The notes below the pieces were generated by a model. It worked only from the letters and a program-made list of their open reading frames with translations. It ran no database searches and was not told the origin of the DNA. The position numbers and the translations under genes were made by a program. A stretch of DNA of 64,000 nucleotides. Origin: an uncultured Candidatus Saccharibacteria bacterium (GTDB lineage Bacteria; Patescibacteriota; Saccharimonadia; Saccharimonadales; JACDBH01). Location of the stretch: contig CAYSJS010000001.1 in assembly GCA_964431415.1 (NCBI GenBank), positions 1,740-65,739 of the forward strand. The letters run 5' to 3'. Position 1 is the stretch's first letter. Every line of letters begins with the position of its first letter. Of the stretch, positions 62,985 through 64,000 are shown one piece after another.

Positions 62985-63692
62985 ATGTCGAGTAAAGACG
63001 TCGAACTAGACGGCATAGGACTGGTTCGCATTATAAAGCGACGCGGGAGCCGTACTATTCGACTTACGTTTGACGAAAAGGGCGATGTGCGCGTCAGCAT
63101 ACCATACTGGATACCATTTAGCTCGGGAGTAGCTTTTGCCAAAGAACGGAAAGAATGGATAATAAAGCATCGCCCGGAGCGTGGTAGACTTTTTGCATCA
63201 GGGGACAAGATCGGCAAAGCTCATCATATGACGATCGAGGGCTCACCTGTGTACACCACCGTACAAGTGCGACTCAAAGGCAGCGAGATCCTGGTAAAAC
63301 ATCCAAGTTCAAAGGCTGCTAACGACCCAAGTGTGCAGGCCGCGGCCGAAAGAGGAGCCAAGAAAGCCCTCCTTAAAGAAGGTAACCGACTACTGCCGCA
63401 GCGTCTGAGCATTCTTGCCGAACAACACGGATTTCGGTTTCGCTCTGTTACGGTAAAGCAACTAAAAACCAAATGGGGCAGCTGTAACCAAAATCATGAA
63501 ATTACTTTAAATTACTACCTGCTGCAGCTCCCGTGGAACTTAATAGACTATGTACTTATCCATGAGCTCGTGCACACCGAGCACCTCAATCATAGCGAGG
63601 CATTTTGGCAGCGGTTTGAACAAGCGCTCCCGGGTGCCAAAAAAATCCGCAAAGAACTCCGCACATATAAAACATCCGTTATTGCAAAGTAG
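62985..63692 (+). CDS. YgjP/DUF45-type zinc metallohydrolase
   Basis: KWGSCN followed by the HExxH motif in VLIHELVHTEHLNHSEAFW. Confidence 0.75.
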   Translation: MSSKDVELDGIGLVRIIKRRGSRTIRLTFDEKGDVRVSIPYWIPFSSGVAFAKERKEWIIKHRPERGRLFASGDKIGKAHHMTIEGSPVYTTVQVRLKGSEILVKHPSSKAANDPSVQAAAERGAKKALLKEGNRLLPQRLSILAEQHGFRFRSVTVKQLKTKWGSCNQNHEITLNYYLLQLPWNLIDYVLIHELVHTEHLNHSEAFWQRFEQALPGAKKIRKELRTYKTSVIAK

Positions 63693-63697
63693 CGAGA

Positions 63698-63892
63698 TTA
63701 CCTTTGGGTTACAATTTTGACAAGATTATATAGTGAAAAGCCACCACCAATAAAAATGCATCCAGTGCCTAATTCTTGTAGTGCTTCACTATCTTGATTT
63801 TTTAGGATACATCCAAGCGCCACTACACCTAAACCCGCACATAAGGCCTTCCTATTTGTATAGCCACTATCGGCTGTGGGTTCTCTGTTCAT
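63698..63892 (-). CDS. Hypothetical small membrane protein (64 aa)
   Basis: Two hydrophobic segments. Convergent with the DUF45 gene. Confidence 0.4.
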   Translation of the reverse strand: MNREPTADSGYTNRKALCAGLGVVALGCILKNQDSEALQELGTGCIFIGGGFSLYNLVKIVTQR

Positions 63893-64000
63893 GACGCTAT
63901 ATTATTATATAATACCAAATCCTGCAAACTTATGTAGTTACCGGTGATATATCCGTAATCTAACAGGTCATCAGTCTATATTATCACTGTACTACTTGCA

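Overview
This 64-kb chromosomal window is dominated by the bacterial ribosomal-protein super-operon. It holds the 3' end of rpoC, then str (rpsL-rpsG-fusA ... tuf) and S10 (rpsJ ... rplC-rplD-rplW-rplB-rpsS-rplV-rpsC-rplP-rpmC-rpsQ). These are followed by spc (rplN-rplX-rplE-rpsN-rpsH-rplF-rplR-rpsE-rplO-secY), infA-rpmJ-rpsM-rpsK-rpsD-rpoA-rplQ and rplM-rpsI. Downstream lie housekeeping genes (trpS, an RluA-family pseudouridine synthase, a holB-like gene, a FemAB-like gene, an ArsR regulator), four tRNAs (Thr-UGU, Tyr-GUA, Thr-GGU, Trp-CCA) and rpmG. Next come a minus-strand pgl / malic enzyme / gnd / zwf operon, a UmuC-like Y-family polymerase operon, and about 10 kb of mostly unknown genes downstream of tRNA-Trp. 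No rRNA, CRISPR array, transposase or integrase was recognised. There is no L30 gene between rpsE and rplO, TGA is used as a stop codon, and orphan ORFs are abundant. I infer from this a Patescibacteria/CPR (Saccharibacteria-like) genome. Most unusual observations: (1) The normally invariant ribosomal operons are interrupted at many junctions by orphan genes, several joined to their ribosomal neighbours by the operon's own TAATG start/stop overlaps. (2) A 6.5-kb cell-surface island (adjacent dockerin and cohesin proteins plus an Asp-box propeller protein) splits fusA from tuf, and a terminator plus two genes split rpsJ from rplC. (3) Related GTAG/CTAC-rich inverted-repeat elements occur in the rpsL, fusA and rpsJ leaders, downstream of a shared ACAC-TTTACA-N17-TATAAT type promoter at fusA and rpsJ. 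(4) Copies of the tRNA-Trp 3' end bound two integrase-less cassettes of about 1 kb, and a 37-bp copy of the tRNA-Thr(GGU) 3' end lies 53 bp downstream of that tRNA. (5) The UmuC-like polymerase is co-oriented with two paralogous unknown proteins of about 100 aa. All functional ideas for the orphan genes are inference only.
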